A stretch of DNA of 64,000 bases from positions 183,860 through 247,859 of the forward strand of contig CAVUWD010000005.1 of the NCBI GenBank assembly GCA_963745025.1. Reading direction: 5' to 3'. Positions 1 to 9,753 of the stretch are shown here, piece after piece (within the stretch, counting starts at the first letter, position 1; each line of letters opens with the position of its first letter). Origin of the DNA: an uncultured delta proteobacterium. GTDB taxonomy: Bacteria > Desulfobacterota > Binatia > JACPRU01. The notes under the pieces were generated by a model. It saw only the letters and a list, made by a program, of their open reading frames with translations, did not search any database and was not told the DNA's origin. Made by a program: the position numbers and the translations under genes.

Positions 1-2
1 GC

Positions 3-1121
3 GGCATCGGACGCTACGTGCGCTCGCTCCTCGAGGCGATGCTCCCGCTCGACCCGGAGCGGCGCATCGGCTTTCTCGCCGACGCCGACGGCGAGCTCGA
101 CGGCATCGGCCGCGGCAGCGCCGAGCGACTGCATCGTATTGCTTCACCGCGCTGGCTCAAACGGCTCGGGCCGGAAGCGGCCCACGTTCGCCAGCACATC
201 TACTGGCCGCGCGCCCTGCCAGCTCTGCCGTTCGATCTCTACCACTTTTGCTCGCAGACCGATGCCCCGGCGACGCTCGACTCCCCCTACGTGGTGACGG
301 TCCTCGATCTCATTCCCCATCGTCTGCCCGAGCTCTATCGTCAGGGAAAGAACCGTGCGCGCTTCCTGCTCGGCCGCTGGCTCGAGCGACGCGCGCTGCG
401 ACGCGCGCGCGGACTGATCGCGATCTCCAAGTATACGGCGGACGATTTGGTGAGGCTGCTTGGCATTCCGCGCAGTCGCATCGCGGTCACGCCGCTCGCC
501 GTGCGCGCCGGGCTCGCGCCTGCTCGGGAGCCCGAGGTCGCCGCCTTCTGTCGACGCCACCGGCTCCGCGCGGGCTACCTGCTTTACGTCGGCGGGATCG
601 ACCGGCGGAAGAACATCCCGTTTCTCCTCGAGGGGATGCGTGCGATCGTCGCCCAGCGACCCGACGCGGAGCTGGTGCTCGCGGGTCGCTATCGCGACGA
701 TCCCGACTTCGCCGAGCTCGTCGTACGCTTGAAGCGCCTCGGCCTCGAGGACTCGGTGCGGCTCGCGGGCTACGTGGCGGAGGAAGAGCTGGCGGCGCTC
801 TACGCGGGTGCTTCGGTGTTCGTCTATCCTAGCCTCTACGAGGGTTTCGGATTGCCGCCGCTCGAGGCGATGGCCTGCGGCGCGCCGGTCGTAGCCGCCG
901 ATCGCACCGCGCTCCCGGAAGTGCTCGGCCATGCGGCGCTGCTCGTCGATCCGCAAGACGTGGCCGAGTTCGCCGAGGCGACCCTCTCCTTGCTGGATCA
1001 CCCGGAGCGGAGACGGGAGCTCTCCGAAGCTGGGCAGCGGCAAGCGAAGCGCTTCACTTGGGATGCGACCGCGCGGGCGACGCTCGAGGCGTATCGGCAG
1101 TTCGCGGAGCTGCCGCCATAA
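3..1121 (+). CDS. Glycosyltransferase family 4 (GT-B), 5'-truncated by window edge
   Basis: Frame is open from base 3 (GIGRYVRSLL, a typical GT4 N-terminus); RKN motif and YEGFGLPPLEAMACG signature. Confidence 0.9.
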   Translation, partial: GIGRYVRSLLEAMLPLDPERRIGFLADADGELDGIGRGSAERLHRIASPRWLKRLGPEAAHVRQHIYWPRALPALPFDLYHFCSQTDAPATLDSPYVVTVLDLIPHRLPELYRQGKNRARFLLGRWLERRALRRARGLIAISKYTADDLVRLLGIPRSRIAVTPLAVRAGLAPAREPEVAAFCRRHRLRAGYLLYVGGIDRRKNIPFLLEGMRAIVAQRPDAELVLAGRYRDDPDFAELVVRLKRLGLEDSVRLAGYVAEEELAALYAGASVFVYPSLYEGFGLPPLEAMACGAPVVAADRTALPEVLGHAALLVDPQDVAEFAEATLSLLDHPERRRELSEAGQRQAKRFTWDATARATLEAYRQFAELPP

Positions 1122-1123
1122 GA

Positions 1124-1192
1124 GACTACCGGCTACCGACTACCGCAAGAGACACCGTTGAGTCTTTGCCGGTAGCCGGAACCCGGTAGCCG
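1124..1192. repeat. Heptamer-based palindromic intergenic element (copy 1)
   Basis: GACTACC-GGCTACC-GACTACC-GCAAGAG ... TCTTTGCC-GGTAGCC-GGAACCC-GGTAGCCG; the arms are inverted. Confidence 0.8.
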
Positions 1193-1208
1193 TTTTCGGA
1201 GGTGCATC

Positions 1209-1811
1209 ATGCGACTCTATGACTTTCTCCCTTCGGGCAACGGTTACAAGGTCCGGCTGCTGCTCACCCAGTTAGCCATTCCGTTCGAGCGCATGGAGAT
1301 GAACATCCTCGAGCAGGCCACGCGCACGCCCGAATTCCTCGCCAAGAATCCGAACGGCAGGATTCCCGTGCTCGAGCTCGAGGATGGGACGTTCCTCGCC
1401 GAGTCGAACGCGATTCTCTTCTACCTCGCCGAAGGGACGCCGCTTCTACCGAGCGGCCGCCTGGAGCGTGCGCGCGTGCTGCAGTGGATGTTCTTCGAAC
1501 AGTACAGCCACGAGCCGTACATCGCCGTGGCGCGTGCGTGGCTGCACATCTTCGGCATGGACGAGGAGCGCCGTCGGCAGCTGTCGCAGAAGCAGAAACT
1601 CGGCTACGACGCGCTCGGCGTCATGGAGGGTCATTTGGCGGCGCGCGCGTTCTTCGTCGGCGAGCGCTACTCGATTGCCGACATCGCGCTCTACGCCTAC
1701 ACGCACGTCGCCGACGAGGGCGGATTCGATCTCGCGCGTTTTCCGGCCGTGCGCGCCTGGCTCGATCGTGTACGCGCAGAGCCGCGGCACATTCCGATTA
1801 CGCAGGGATGA
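1209..1811 (+). CDS. Glutathione S-transferase family protein
   Basis: SGNGYKVRLLL, NPNGRIPVL, ESNAIL and SIADIALY GST motifs; GGAGG RBS. Confidence 0.92.
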   Translation: MRLYDFLPSGNGYKVRLLLTQLAIPFERMEMNILEQATRTPEFLAKNPNGRIPVLELEDGTFLAESNAILFYLAEGTPLLPSGRLERARVLQWMFFEQYSHEPYIAVARAWLHIFGMDEERRRQLSQKQKLGYDALGVMEGHLAARAFFVGERYSIADIALYAYTHVADEGGFDLARFPAVRAWLDRVRAEPRHIPITQG

Positions 1812-1812
1812 T

Positions 1813-1868
1813 CGGCTACCGGCTGCCGGCTACCGCACGAGAGACCTTGATATTCTTGCCGGCGGCCG
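1813..1868. repeat. Heptamer-based palindromic intergenic element (copy 2)
   Basis: CGGCTAC-CGGCTGC-CGGCTAC-CGCACGAGA ... TTCTTGCCGGCGGCCG. Confidence 0.7.
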
Positions 1869-1948
1869 CCTTCAGTCCGCGCCGGATCTCGACGACTCGT
1901 GAGAACCGCTCGTCGACGAGCTCGCGCGTCGTCATCGCGGCCGTTTCG

Positions 1949-2872
1949 TCAATCGCGCCTGATCCGATAGCCGACGCGCGGAAAGTGGACGATGACCTCG
2001 CCGACGGAGGCATCTTCGCGCAGCAGAGAGATCTCCTGCGCGCTCGTGCGCACGAGCGCGCCGGAGACCTTCTCGACGCCGTAATCGTCGGGCACGACGC
2101 TGACACGGTCTCCCGGCTTGAGCCCGTTCGGGTCCTCGCCGTCGATCCCCTCGGGAGTGAGCGGCAGGCTGTGACGGGCGATCGCCAGGGCTTCGTCCGG
2201 ATCGAGCGGGGTCATCTCGCCTCGCCCCATGGCGTCGACGCGGTCGAACCACTTCTTCAGCGCCGGGCGAGCCGCCACCCAGGCGAGCGAGTCGGCGTCG
2301 CTGCGCAGGAACCACAAGGGGTGGAAGCACGCGGCGTCGGCGAGGCTGAAGGCGGCGCCGAGCAGATAGTCCCGGCCACGCAGCTGCGTATCCAGCCAAT
2401 CGATCGCCGCGACCAGCCGACTGCGGCAGTCGGGCAGCGAGGCTTTGAAATTCTCGAACGTCAAGCCCGGCGACATCGCCTGGCGATCCTTCATGAACTC
2501 CGGCGGTAGCGCATCGATGATCTTGACGATCGCGGGGGGGACCGCCGCCATGAACAGCCAATGATCCGCCCAGTGGGCGATGATCTCGCATGCGCCCTGG
2601 CTGGCGCCGGGAAAGCAGGACGGCTCTGGTACGCGCTCTTCCAGGACGCGCGCGATGAGCGCGGTATCGCAGTAGACGTCCGCGCCGATCTGCAGCACCG
2701 GGATCTTTCGGTAGCCGCCGGTCAGCGGTGTCAGCTTCGGCTTCGGGGCGATGATCGGCTGCTCGACGCCGCGCCACGCGATGCCCTTCAGGGCGAGGAT
2801 CTTGCGGATCTTCTCGGAGAACGGCGAGACGTCGTAGTGATGAAGAATGATCTCTTCCATGAAGTTCCTCAA
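1949..2872 (-). CDS. Glutathione S-transferase family protein (long type with C-terminal extension)
   Basis: SPFSEKIR, GGYRKIPVLQIGADVYCDT and C-terminal VHFPRVGY motifs. Confidence 0.88.
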   Translation of the reverse strand: MRNFMEEIILHHYDVSPFSEKIRKILALKGIAWRGVEQPIIAPKPKLTPLTGGYRKIPVLQIGADVYCDTALIARVLEERVPEPSCFPGASQGACEIIAHWADHWLFMAAVPPAIVKIIDALPPEFMKDRQAMSPGLTFENFKASLPDCRSRLVAAIDWLDTQLRGRDYLLGAAFSLADAACFHPLWFLRSDADSLAWVAARPALKKWFDRVDAMGRGEMTPLDPDEALAIARHSLPLTPEGIDGEDPNGLKPGDRVSVVPDDYGVEKVSGALVRTSAQEISLLREDASVGEVIVHFPRVGYRIRRD

Positions 2873-3975
2873 CGGGCGCCGAGCGCGCGCCGCTTCTCGT
2901 AGGCCTCGCGGACGATGCGAACGTCCTCGAGGTAGCCTGGGAGATCGCGGAGGAGGAGGGCCTGCGGGCCATCACAGAGCGCGACCTCGGGTGCCGGGTG
3001 GAAATCGACGAGCAGCATGTTGGCGCCGGCGATGACCGCCTGGGCCGAGACGTGATGGATGTCGAGCAGGCCGTCGGGGGCTGCCTCGCGGCGGCCGATG
3101 GAATGGGACGGATCGACGCACACGGGGAGCCGAGTCAGCCGCTTGACGACGGGCACGTGAGCGACGTCGACGAAGTTGCGGTGCGGATCGCCGAGGTTCG
3201 ACTTGACGCCGCGCAGACAGAAGACGATCCGACGGTTGCCCTCGCTCGCCACGTATTCACACGCGTTGAAGGACTCCTCGAGCGTGATTCCCATGCCCCG
3301 CTTGTAGAGCACGGGAAACTCGGTCTGCTGCCCGACCACCTTGAGAAGCTCGAAATTCTGCGCGTTGCGGGTTCCAATCTGCAGCATGACACCGGTCGGG
3401 TTCCCGGCTGCGGCGAGCGCGGAGCGGATCTCCCCGATCTGTTGCTCGTGGGTCACTTCCATGGCGATCACGCGGATGCCGTATTTACCGGCGAGCTCGA
3501 ACACGTAAGGGAGGCACTGGCGGCCGTGGCCCTGGAAGTCATAGGGGCTGGTGCGCGGCTTGTACGCACCCATGCGCGTCGTCACCTGGCCGGCGTCGCG
3601 GAGCGCGCGCATCGTCTCCTCGGTGTGCTCGCGCGAGTCGACCGCGCAGAGCCCGGCGAACACGTGCAGCGACTCCTGATCGAATCGCACGCCATTGTAC
3701 TCGAAGCCGAACGACTCCACCTGACCGCGGTGCCGGCCGATCAGCCGGTAGCGGTCCGAGACTCGCACCACCTGCTGCACGCCGGGCAGCTCTTCGAGCG
3801 GCTCCTTGGGGATCGCCGCCGTGGTGCCGATCACGTGGATCTCGATCACCGAACGGGTCTGTCCGCGCTCGGCGTGGACGCGCGTGGTCACGCCCGGATA
3901 AGCGGAGAGAGCGCGCATGATCCGCTCGACCTCGGGACCGGTCGCAGTGACGTCGGGCTTCAGGAGAATGATCAC
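2869..3975 (-). CDS. aroF: 3-deoxy-7-phosphoheptulonate (DAHP) synthase, type I-beta with N-terminal regulatory domain
   Basis: AGLCAVDS, GAYKPRTSPYDFQG, QIGTRNAQNF and DPSHS motifs. Confidence 0.88.
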   Translation of the reverse strand: MIILLKPDVTATGPEVERIMRALSAYPGVTTRVHAERGQTRSVIEIHVIGTTAAIPKEPLEELPGVQQVVRVSDRYRLIGRHRGQVESFGFEYNGVRFDQESLHVFAGLCAVDSREHTEETMRALRDAGQVTTRMGAYKPRTSPYDFQGHGRQCLPYVFELAGKYGIRVIAMEVTHEQQIGEIRSALAAAGNPTGVMLQIGTRNAQNFELLKVVGQQTEFPVLYKRGMGITLEESFNACEYVASEGNRRIVFCLRGVKSNLGDPHRNFVDVAHVPVVKRLTRLPVCVDPSHSIGRREAAPDGLLDIHHVSAQAVIAGANMLLVDFHPAPEVALCDGPQALLLRDLPGYLEDVRIVREAYEKRRALGAR

Positions 3976-3985
3976 GGGAGTCGCT

Positions 3986-4885
3986 TCAGAGAACCTTGTT
4001 CAGGGGGTATTCGATGATGCCGACGGCGCCGGTCGAGAGCAGCTTTGGCACCAGCTCCCGAACCATCGCTTCGGAGATCACGCTCTCGACCGACAGCCAG
4101 TGCTCTCCGTGCAGGTTCGGGGTCGGATGGAGATTCGCCACCGTCGGCGCGGTGAGGCTCGGGATCAGCGCAATCACTCGCTCGAGGTCGTCCTTGCGCA
4201 CGTTCATCTTGATGCCGACCTGGCTCTCTGCGGCCATCGCCCCGACGACGAGTCGCTCGATCTGCGCAATCTTCTCGCGCTTCCAGGGATCCGCCATGGC
4301 GGAAGAATTGGCGACGAGCTGCGGATTCGATTCGAGCAGGTCGGCAACGATCCGTAGACCGTGCGCGCGGATCGTCGAGCCCGTCTCGGTGACCTCGATG
4401 ATCGCGTCGACGAGACCCTCGGCCGCCTTGGCCTCGGTCGCGCCCCACGAGAACTCGACTTGGACGGCGATGCCGCGCTCCTCGAAGTAGCGGCGCGAGA
4501 AATTCGTCATCTCGCTGGCGATCCGCTTGCCGGCGAGGTCCTCGAGCTTGCGGATCGGCGAATCGGCCGGCACGGCGAGCACCCAGCGCGTCGGGCGGCG
4601 GCTGACCTTCGAGTAAACGAAGTCGGCGACGACCTCGAGATCGACACCGTTCTCGACGATCCAATCTTTGCCGGTGACGCCTGCGTCGAGCGTGCCGTCG
4701 GCGATGTAGCGCGGCATCTCCTGCGGGCGCATCAGCGCGCAGCGGATCTCGGGATCGTCGATCGAGGGGAAGTAGCTCCGCTCGCCGGCGGAGATCTTCC
4801 ACCCCGCTTTGCGGAAGAGCTCGATGGTCGCCTGCTCGAGGCTCCCCTTCGGCAGGCCAAGCTTCAGCACGCGCTCGGTGCTCAC
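3986..4885 (-). CDS. hisG: ATP phosphoribosyltransferase (long form)
   Basis: [14 protein letters not shown] and [11 protein letters not shown] motifs; GTG start at 4885 overlaps the hisI stop (GTGA). Confidence 0.93.
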   Translation of the reverse strand: MSTERVLKLGLPKGSLEQATIELFRKAGWKISAGERSYFPSIDDPEIRCALMRPQEMPRYIADGTLDAGVTGKDWIVENGVDLEVVADFVYSKVSRRPTRWVLAVPADSPIRKLEDLAGKRIASEMTNFSRRYFEERGIAVQVEFSWGATEAKAAEGLVDAIIEVTETGSTIRAHGLRIVADLLESNPQLVANSSAMADPWKREKIAQIERLVVGAMAAESQVGIKMNVRKDDLERVIALIPSLTAPTVANLHPTPNLHGEHWLSVESVISEAMVRELVPKLLSTGAVGIIEYPLNKVL

Positions 4886-5274
4886 TTCTTCTTCGCTCCG
4901 TACACCTTCTCGGGATCGAACACCGGCTCGAGAATCGTCCGCCACGAGGCGCCGTCTTTGGTCTCGCGATAGAAACAGTTTCGCCGACCGGTGTGGCAAG
5001 CGGCTCCGCCGTGCTGGTGGACCTTCAAGAGGATCGTGTCGGCGTCGCAGTCGACGTAGATGCCGCGGACGTCTTGATGGTTTCCGGATTCTTCGCCTTT
5101 GCGCCAGAGTCCCCGCGAGCGGCTCCAGTACACCGCGCGCCGGGACTCCACGGTCGCGCGAAACGCCTGCTCGTTCATGTGCGCGAGCATCAGGACTTCA
5201 CCCGTCTCCGCGTCCTGGGTGATCACCGGCACGAGCCCGCCGCCCTTGTCGAAATCGATTTTGATCTCTTCCAT
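4882..5274 (-). CDS. hisI: Phosphoribosyl-AMP cyclohydrolase
   Basis: [22 protein letters not shown] and [10 protein letters not shown] motifs. Confidence 0.95.
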   Translation of the reverse strand: MEEIKIDFDKGGGLVPVITQDAETGEVLMLAHMNEQAFRATVESRRAVYWSRSRGLWRKGEESGNHQDVRGIYVDCDADTILLKVHQHGGAACHTGRRNCFYRETKDGASWRTILEPVFDPEKVYGAKKK

Positions 5275-5334
5275 GGCTAAGCGGGCAAATATTCCGTACG
5301 GGAGGGGCAAAAGCAAACTGGCCTACTCTCGGCG

Positions 5335-5520
5335 CGCCCCACGATCGCATCGCGAAGCGTCTTCAGACGGGATCGTACCGGTGTGGAGCGAGGTGCCGCC
5401 GAGCCTGTGACGCCGGTCGGTGACCGCCACCCGCTTGCGTGGCATGGCCGCGCGGATCACGGCCTTCCGTCCGGCAGGTCCGCTGCCGATCACGACGAGG
5501 TCGTACGGATCGTCCGGCAC
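5335..5520 (-). pseudogene. N-terminal remnant of a SthA-like flavoprotein disulfide reductase (soluble transhydrogenase)
   Basis: YDLVVIGSGPAGRKAVIRAA...LGGTSLHTGTIPS, then KTLRDAIV after a one-base shift; no continuation follows. Confidence 0.7.
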
Positions 5521-5626
5521 GCCGCTGTTCCCAGAGCCCAGACGTCCGGCGGGCAAGCGACGCGCGCACGCGCGCTCCTGTCGCCGGCCCTTTTTCTTCC
5601 CGGCACGATTCGGTAATCAGCGAGTC

Positions 5627-6652
5627 ATGAAGCTCGGCGATCTGGCGCGGCAGCTCGGCTGCGAGCTCGAGGGCGATCCGACGATCGAGATCACCGGCCC
5701 GGCGCCGATTGGTGAGGCCGGCCCCGGCCAGGTGACCTTCGTTGCCAATCCGCGCTACCAGTCTAGGTTGAAGAGCCTGCAGGCGGCGGCTGTGATCCTC
5801 GCCCCGGGCCTGGAGGCTCCCGGCGTGGCCGTGCTGCGCTCGTCGCAGCCGTACGCCGCCTTCGTCCGCCTGCTCACTCTCTTTCACGAGCCGTATCGGC
5901 CTCCCCCCGGCATCGACGCGACGGCGCGGATCGCGCCGAGCGCGACGATCGGTCCGCGCGCGTCGATTGGCGCCTACGCAGTCGTCGGGGAAGACGTGAC
6001 GATCGGCGCCGATGCGCGCATCGATCCCCACGTCGTGATCTATCCGAGCGTGACGATCGGCGACCGCTTCACCGCGCACGCGGGCGCCGTAGTTCGCGAG
6101 CGCGCGACGATCGGTCACGACGTGAAGCTCCAGTCGGGCGTGCTGATCGGCGGCGACGGCTTCGGCTATCTGCCCGACGAGAAGGGCGGCGTGCACGCGA
6201 TTCCCCAGACGGGAAGCGTCGTGCTCGAGGACGGCGTCGAGATCGGCGCCAACACCGCAATCGATCGTGCGGCAGTCGGTGTCACGCGGATTCGCCGCGC
6301 GGCGAAGATCGACAATCTCGTGCAGATCGGTCACGGCTGCGAGGTCGGCGAGGGCGCGCTTCTCGCCGCGCAGGTCGGCCTGGCTGGAAGCACGCAGGTC
6401 GGGGCGGGGGCGCAGCTCGGCGGTCAGGTCGGAGCCGCCGGTCATCTGACGATCGGTGCCGGCGCACGAATCGCCGCACAGTCGGGAATTCCCAACGACG
6501 TCGAACCGGGAGCAGTGCTTTCCGGATACCCGGCGGTAGAGATCCGCACCTGGCGACGATATGTCGCCGCCGTGCTTCACCTTCCCAAGCTGCTTCGCCG
6601 GGTGCGCCGTATCGAACGACGGCTCGGCATCGGCGCGAGCCGGGAAGACTGA
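5627..6652 (+). CDS. lpxD: UDP-3-O-acyl-glucosamine N-acyltransferase
   Basis: Hexapeptide repeats; IGGDGFGY, VEIGANTAIDR and KIDNLVQIGH motifs. Confidence 0.95.
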   Translation: MKLGDLARQLGCELEGDPTIEITGPAPIGEAGPGQVTFVANPRYQSRLKSLQAAAVILAPGLEAPGVAVLRSSQPYAAFVRLLTLFHEPYRPPPGIDATARIAPSATIGPRASIGAYAVVGEDVTIGADARIDPHVVIYPSVTIGDRFTAHAGAVVRERATIGHDVKLQSGVLIGGDGFGYLPDEKGGVHAIPQTGSVVLEDGVEIGANTAIDRAAVGVTRIRRAAKIDNLVQIGHGCEVGEGALLAAQVGLAGSTQVGAGAQLGGQVGAAGHLTIGAGARIAAQSGIPNDVEPGAVLSGYPAVEIRTWRRYVAAVLHLPKLLRRVRRIERRLGIGASRED

Positions 6653-6680
6653 AGACGGTCTTCGACCTTCATCTTCAGTC
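6647..6680. terminator. Stem-loop at the 3' end of lpxD (possible terminator or stabiliser)
   Basis: GACTGAAGA (6647-6655) pairs with TCTTCAGTC (6672-6680), with inner GGTC-TTC-GACC; no U-tract. Confidence 0.35.
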
Positions 6681-6820
6681 CCCGGCGCGAGAGGCAATCG
6701 GCCAATTGCCCAGAGCCGCGAGCCGATGGCCGTTTCCGGTGGTCTTTCCTTGCACGGGGGTCCACGTTATATTCGCAAGTCTTGCTCGCCTTTTCACCCG
6801 GCGGATAAGCGGGGGCTGCC

Positions 6821-7345
6821 GTGAAGATTCGCATCGAGGAGATCAAGGACACCGAGAAGGACGCCGCGTTCGTGGAAGAAGTCTCGGAGATCAACGCAGA
6901 GCTCGCCCGTACGGGGGTGATCGACTATCAGTTCCAGGGCGCCGTGCCGGTGAACGTCCACTACTACCGCTTGGGCGCCGACCTTTTCTTCCGCGGCCAA
7001 TTCGCGGGCCGCGTCGCGGGCACCTGCGCACGCTGCCTCGCCAATTACCCCTTCTCCCTGCACAAGGAGTTCACGTTCATCTTGAAGCCGCACGCCGAGC
7101 AGGCGGCGGGCGAGGAACTCGCCGAAGAGGACTTGTCGCTCAGCTTCTATCAGGGAGACGAGGTGGATCTCGCGCCGCTCGTGCGCGAGGCCATGATTCT
7201 CTCGCTCCCGACACGACCCCTCTGCAGCGACGAATGCCGCGGGCTTTGCCCGCATTGCGGCGCGAACCGAAACGTCCGTGCCTGCGGCTGTCACGAGGAA
7301 TGGATCGACCCCCGCCTCGCGGTCCTGCGCACGTTGAAGCGGTGA
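6821..7345 (+). CDS. yceD: YceD/DUF177 family protein
   Basis: CARCL, LCSDECRGLCPHCGANRN and DPRLAVL motifs; canonical position before rpmF. Confidence 0.9.
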   Translation: MKIRIEEIKDTEKDAAFVEEVSEINAELARTGVIDYQFQGAVPVNVHYYRLGADLFFRGQFAGRVAGTCARCLANYPFSLHKEFTFILKPHAEQAAGEELAEEDLSLSFYQGDEVDLAPLVREAMILSLPTRPLCSDECRGLCPHCGANRNVRACGCHEEWIDPRLAVLRTLKR

Positions 7346-7369
7346 TCCCGCGCCCGACTGGAGATCGCA

Positions 7370-7552
7370 ATGGCCCTACCGAAGCGAAGAACGTCTCGTC
7401 AAAAGCGCAACAAGCGCCGCGCGCACGACGCGCTGGTCGTGCCGCAGTACGTCGCTTGTCCCGCCTGCGGCGAGCCCACGCAACGGCATCGCGCCTGCCG
7501 GCATTGCGGGCAGTACCGCGGGCGGCAAGTCGTCGAGATCGCGGAGGAGTAA
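7370..7552 (+). CDS. rpmF: 50S ribosomal protein L32 (Zn-ribbon type)
   Basis: [19 protein letters not shown]; CPAC...[13 protein letters not shown]. Confidence 0.97.
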   Translation: MALPKRRTSRQKRNKRRAHDALVVPQYVACPACGEPTQRHRACRHCGQYRGRQVVEIAEE

Positions 7553-7592
7553 GCGCGTGGAGCGGTCCTTCGGCGGCCGCATCCCTTGACCC

Positions 7593-8762
7593 ATGAAGAC
7601 CATTGCCGTCGATGCGATGGGCGGTGATCACGCCCCCGAGGCGATCATCGAGGGGGCCATCGCCGCGGCTCGCGAGCTGCGCATACCCCTGACGCTGGTC
7701 GGCGATCGCGACACGATCACCCACGAGCTCGGCCGGCATCGCGCGGGGAATCTGCCGATCCAGGTGCACCACGCCTCGCAGGTCGTGGAGATGGACGACA
7801 GCCCCGTCGAGGCTTTGCGACGCAAGCGCGACAGCTCGATCCGCGTCGGCTTCGCGCTCGTCAAGTCCGGCGACGCCGACGCTTTCGTCAGCGCCGGCAA
7901 TTCCGGGGCGATGATGGCTGCGGCGGTGATGCTGCTCGGCAACCTGTCCGGTGTCGACCGTCCGGCGATCGGCATCGAGCTCCCGTCGCGCCGCGGCCAC
8001 GTCACGCTTCTCGATGCCGGCGCCAACGTCGAATGCGCGCCCCTAAATCTCGTACAGTTCGCGGTCATGGGGGACGTGTTCGCCCGAAGCGTGCGCGGGC
8101 TCCTGTCTCCACGCGTCGGCATCGTCAGCAACGGCGAGGAGGAGAGCAAGGGAACCGAGCTCACCCGCGCCGCCGACCGGGTGCTCCGCCAGATGCCGCT
8201 CAACTACGTCGGCTACATCGAGGGGCGCGACATCAATGCCGGGAACGTCGATGTCGCCGTTACCGACGGCTTCACCGGTAACGCGATCCTCAAGTCGCTC
8301 GAGGGCCTCGGCAGCTTCGTACAGTTCCTGCTGCGGCAGATGTTCGAGCGGAATCTGAAGACCAGGCTTGCCTACCTGCTGCTAAAGAAAGATCTCGACC
8401 GCATCCGAGAGGTGCTCGACTACGACGCCGTCGGGGGCGCGCCGTTGCTCGGCGTGAAGGGCGTGACGATCATCGCCCATGGCTCGTCGAGCCCGAAGGC
8501 GATCAAGAACGCGATCCGCGTCGCCGCCGATTCCACGAGGAAGAACTTGATCGCCGAGATCTCGGGAGGGCTGCGAGTCGTCCCCGATATTCAAGAGCTT
8601 CCCGGGGCGGTTACGCGACGTGGCGGCCGCTTCTGGCAACAGCTGAAGGGCCGGTTCCGCCGCGATGGTAAGACCGATCGCAACGGCGACGCACGCGGGG
8701 AGGACGCCGAAGACAAGAGCGCATCGGAAGAGGAAGAGGAGGACGCTCCGAAGCGCAATTGA
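7593..8762 (+). CDS. plsX: Phosphate acyltransferase
   Basis: IAVDAMGGDHAP, SAGNSGA, LDAGAN, DGFTGN and GGAPLLG motifs. Confidence 0.96.
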   Translation: MKTIAVDAMGGDHAPEAIIEGAIAAARELRIPLTLVGDRDTITHELGRHRAGNLPIQVHHASQVVEMDDSPVEALRRKRDSSIRVGFALVKSGDADAFVSAGNSGAMMAAAVMLLGNLSGVDRPAIGIELPSRRGHVTLLDAGANVECAPLNLVQFAVMGDVFARSVRGLLSPRVGIVSNGEEESKGTELTRAADRVLRQMPLNYVGYIEGRDINAGNVDVAVTDGFTGNAILKSLEGLGSFVQFLLRQMFERNLKTRLAYLLLKKDLDRIREVLDYDAVGGAPLLGVKGVTIIAHGSSSPKAIKNAIRVAADSTRKNLIAEISGGLRVVPDIQELPGAVTRRGGRFWQQLKGRFRRDGKTDRNGDARGEDAEDKSASEEEEEDAPKRN

Positions 8763-8891
8763 CGGATGGACGCACACGGGAGCAGTGGTGGATCGCCAGG
8801 CGAGCGCCACGGACCCCGTCCGGCGGCTCCCTGTTCCTCGCCAGGTCGATGTGATAGGGACGCCGGAATCTCAACGGGAGGTCACACGAAC

Positions 8892-9149
8892 ATGGCAGGT
8901 GCTGAAGGGGCGGCGAAGGACACTGAAGCGCGGGTGAGGGAGATCATCTGCGAGCACCTCGGAGTGGGAGAAGAAGAAGTCACGCGGGAAGCCTCGTTCA
9001 TCGAGGATCTCGGGGCGGACTCGCTCGATATCGTCGAGTTGGTGATGGCGCTCGAGGAAGAGTACGAGATGGAAATCTCCGACGAGGATGCGGAGAAGAT
9101 CCGGACCGTCGGCGACGTCGTGAAGTACATCGAGGAACACAAGAAATGA
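8892..9149 (+). CDS. acpP: Acyl carrier protein
   Basis: [19 protein letters not shown]; GGAGG RBS before ATG 8892. Confidence 0.96.
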   Translation: MAGAEGAAKDTEARVREIICEHLGVGEEEVTREASFIEDLGADSLDIVELVMALEEEYEMEISDEDAEKIRTVGDVVKYIEEHKK

Positions 9150-9150
9150 T

Positions 9151-9235
9151 GGCGACCGGCTACCGGCGACCGGCTGCCGCGAAAGATTCACGACGTCTTT
9201 TCCGGAAGCCAAAGCCGGAAGCTAGCCGGTAGCCG
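9151..9235. repeat. Heptamer-based palindromic intergenic element (copy 3)
   Basis: GGCGACC-GGCTACC-GGCGACC-GGCTGCC-GCGAAAGA ... TCTTTTCC-GGAAGCC...GGTAGCCG. Confidence 0.78.
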
Positions 9236-9243
9236 ACCCCCGG

Positions 9244-9753
9244 ATGAAATGCCCCTTTTGCCGAGATCTCGAAAACAAAGTCATCGATTCCCGCCTCAGT
9301 AAGGACGGCGACATCATCCGCCGCCGGCGCGAGTGCCTGCGCTGCCAGCGGCGCTTCACCACCTACGAACGCGTCGAGGAGATGCTGCCGATGATCGTCA
9401 AGAAGGACGGTCGTCGCGAGGTCTACGAGCGCCTGAAGGTGATTTCGGGGCTGAAGAAGGCGTGCGAGAAGCGCCCGGTCAGCATGGAGATGATCGAGCA
9501 GACCGCCGACCGGATCGAGCGCATGCTGCAGGAGCGGGGCGAGAAAGAGGTGTCGAGCTCGGTGATCGGCGAGGCGATCATGCGAGCCCTCTACGACCTC
9601 GACAAAGTGGCCTACGTACGCTTCGCCTCCGTCTACCGCTCCTTCGAAGACGTGAACGAGTTCATGCGCGAGCTGAAGGACCTGATCCAGCAGAGCCGCA
9701 CGGGCGAAGGCGCGAAGAAGAGCGGGCAGGGCAAAGGGAAGGCGAGGGCGTGA
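9244..9753 (+). CDS. nrdR: Transcriptional repressor NrdR
   Basis: MKCPFC...[21 protein letters not shown]-cone, AYVRFASVY. Confidence 0.97.
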   Translation: MKCPFCRDLENKVIDSRLSKDGDIIRRRRECLRCQRRFTTYERVEEMLPMIVKKDGRREVYERLKVISGLKKACEKRPVSMEMIEQTADRIERMLQERGEKEVSSSVIGEAIMRALYDLDKVAYVRFASVYRSFEDVNEFMRELKDLIQQSRTGEGAKKSGQGKGKARA

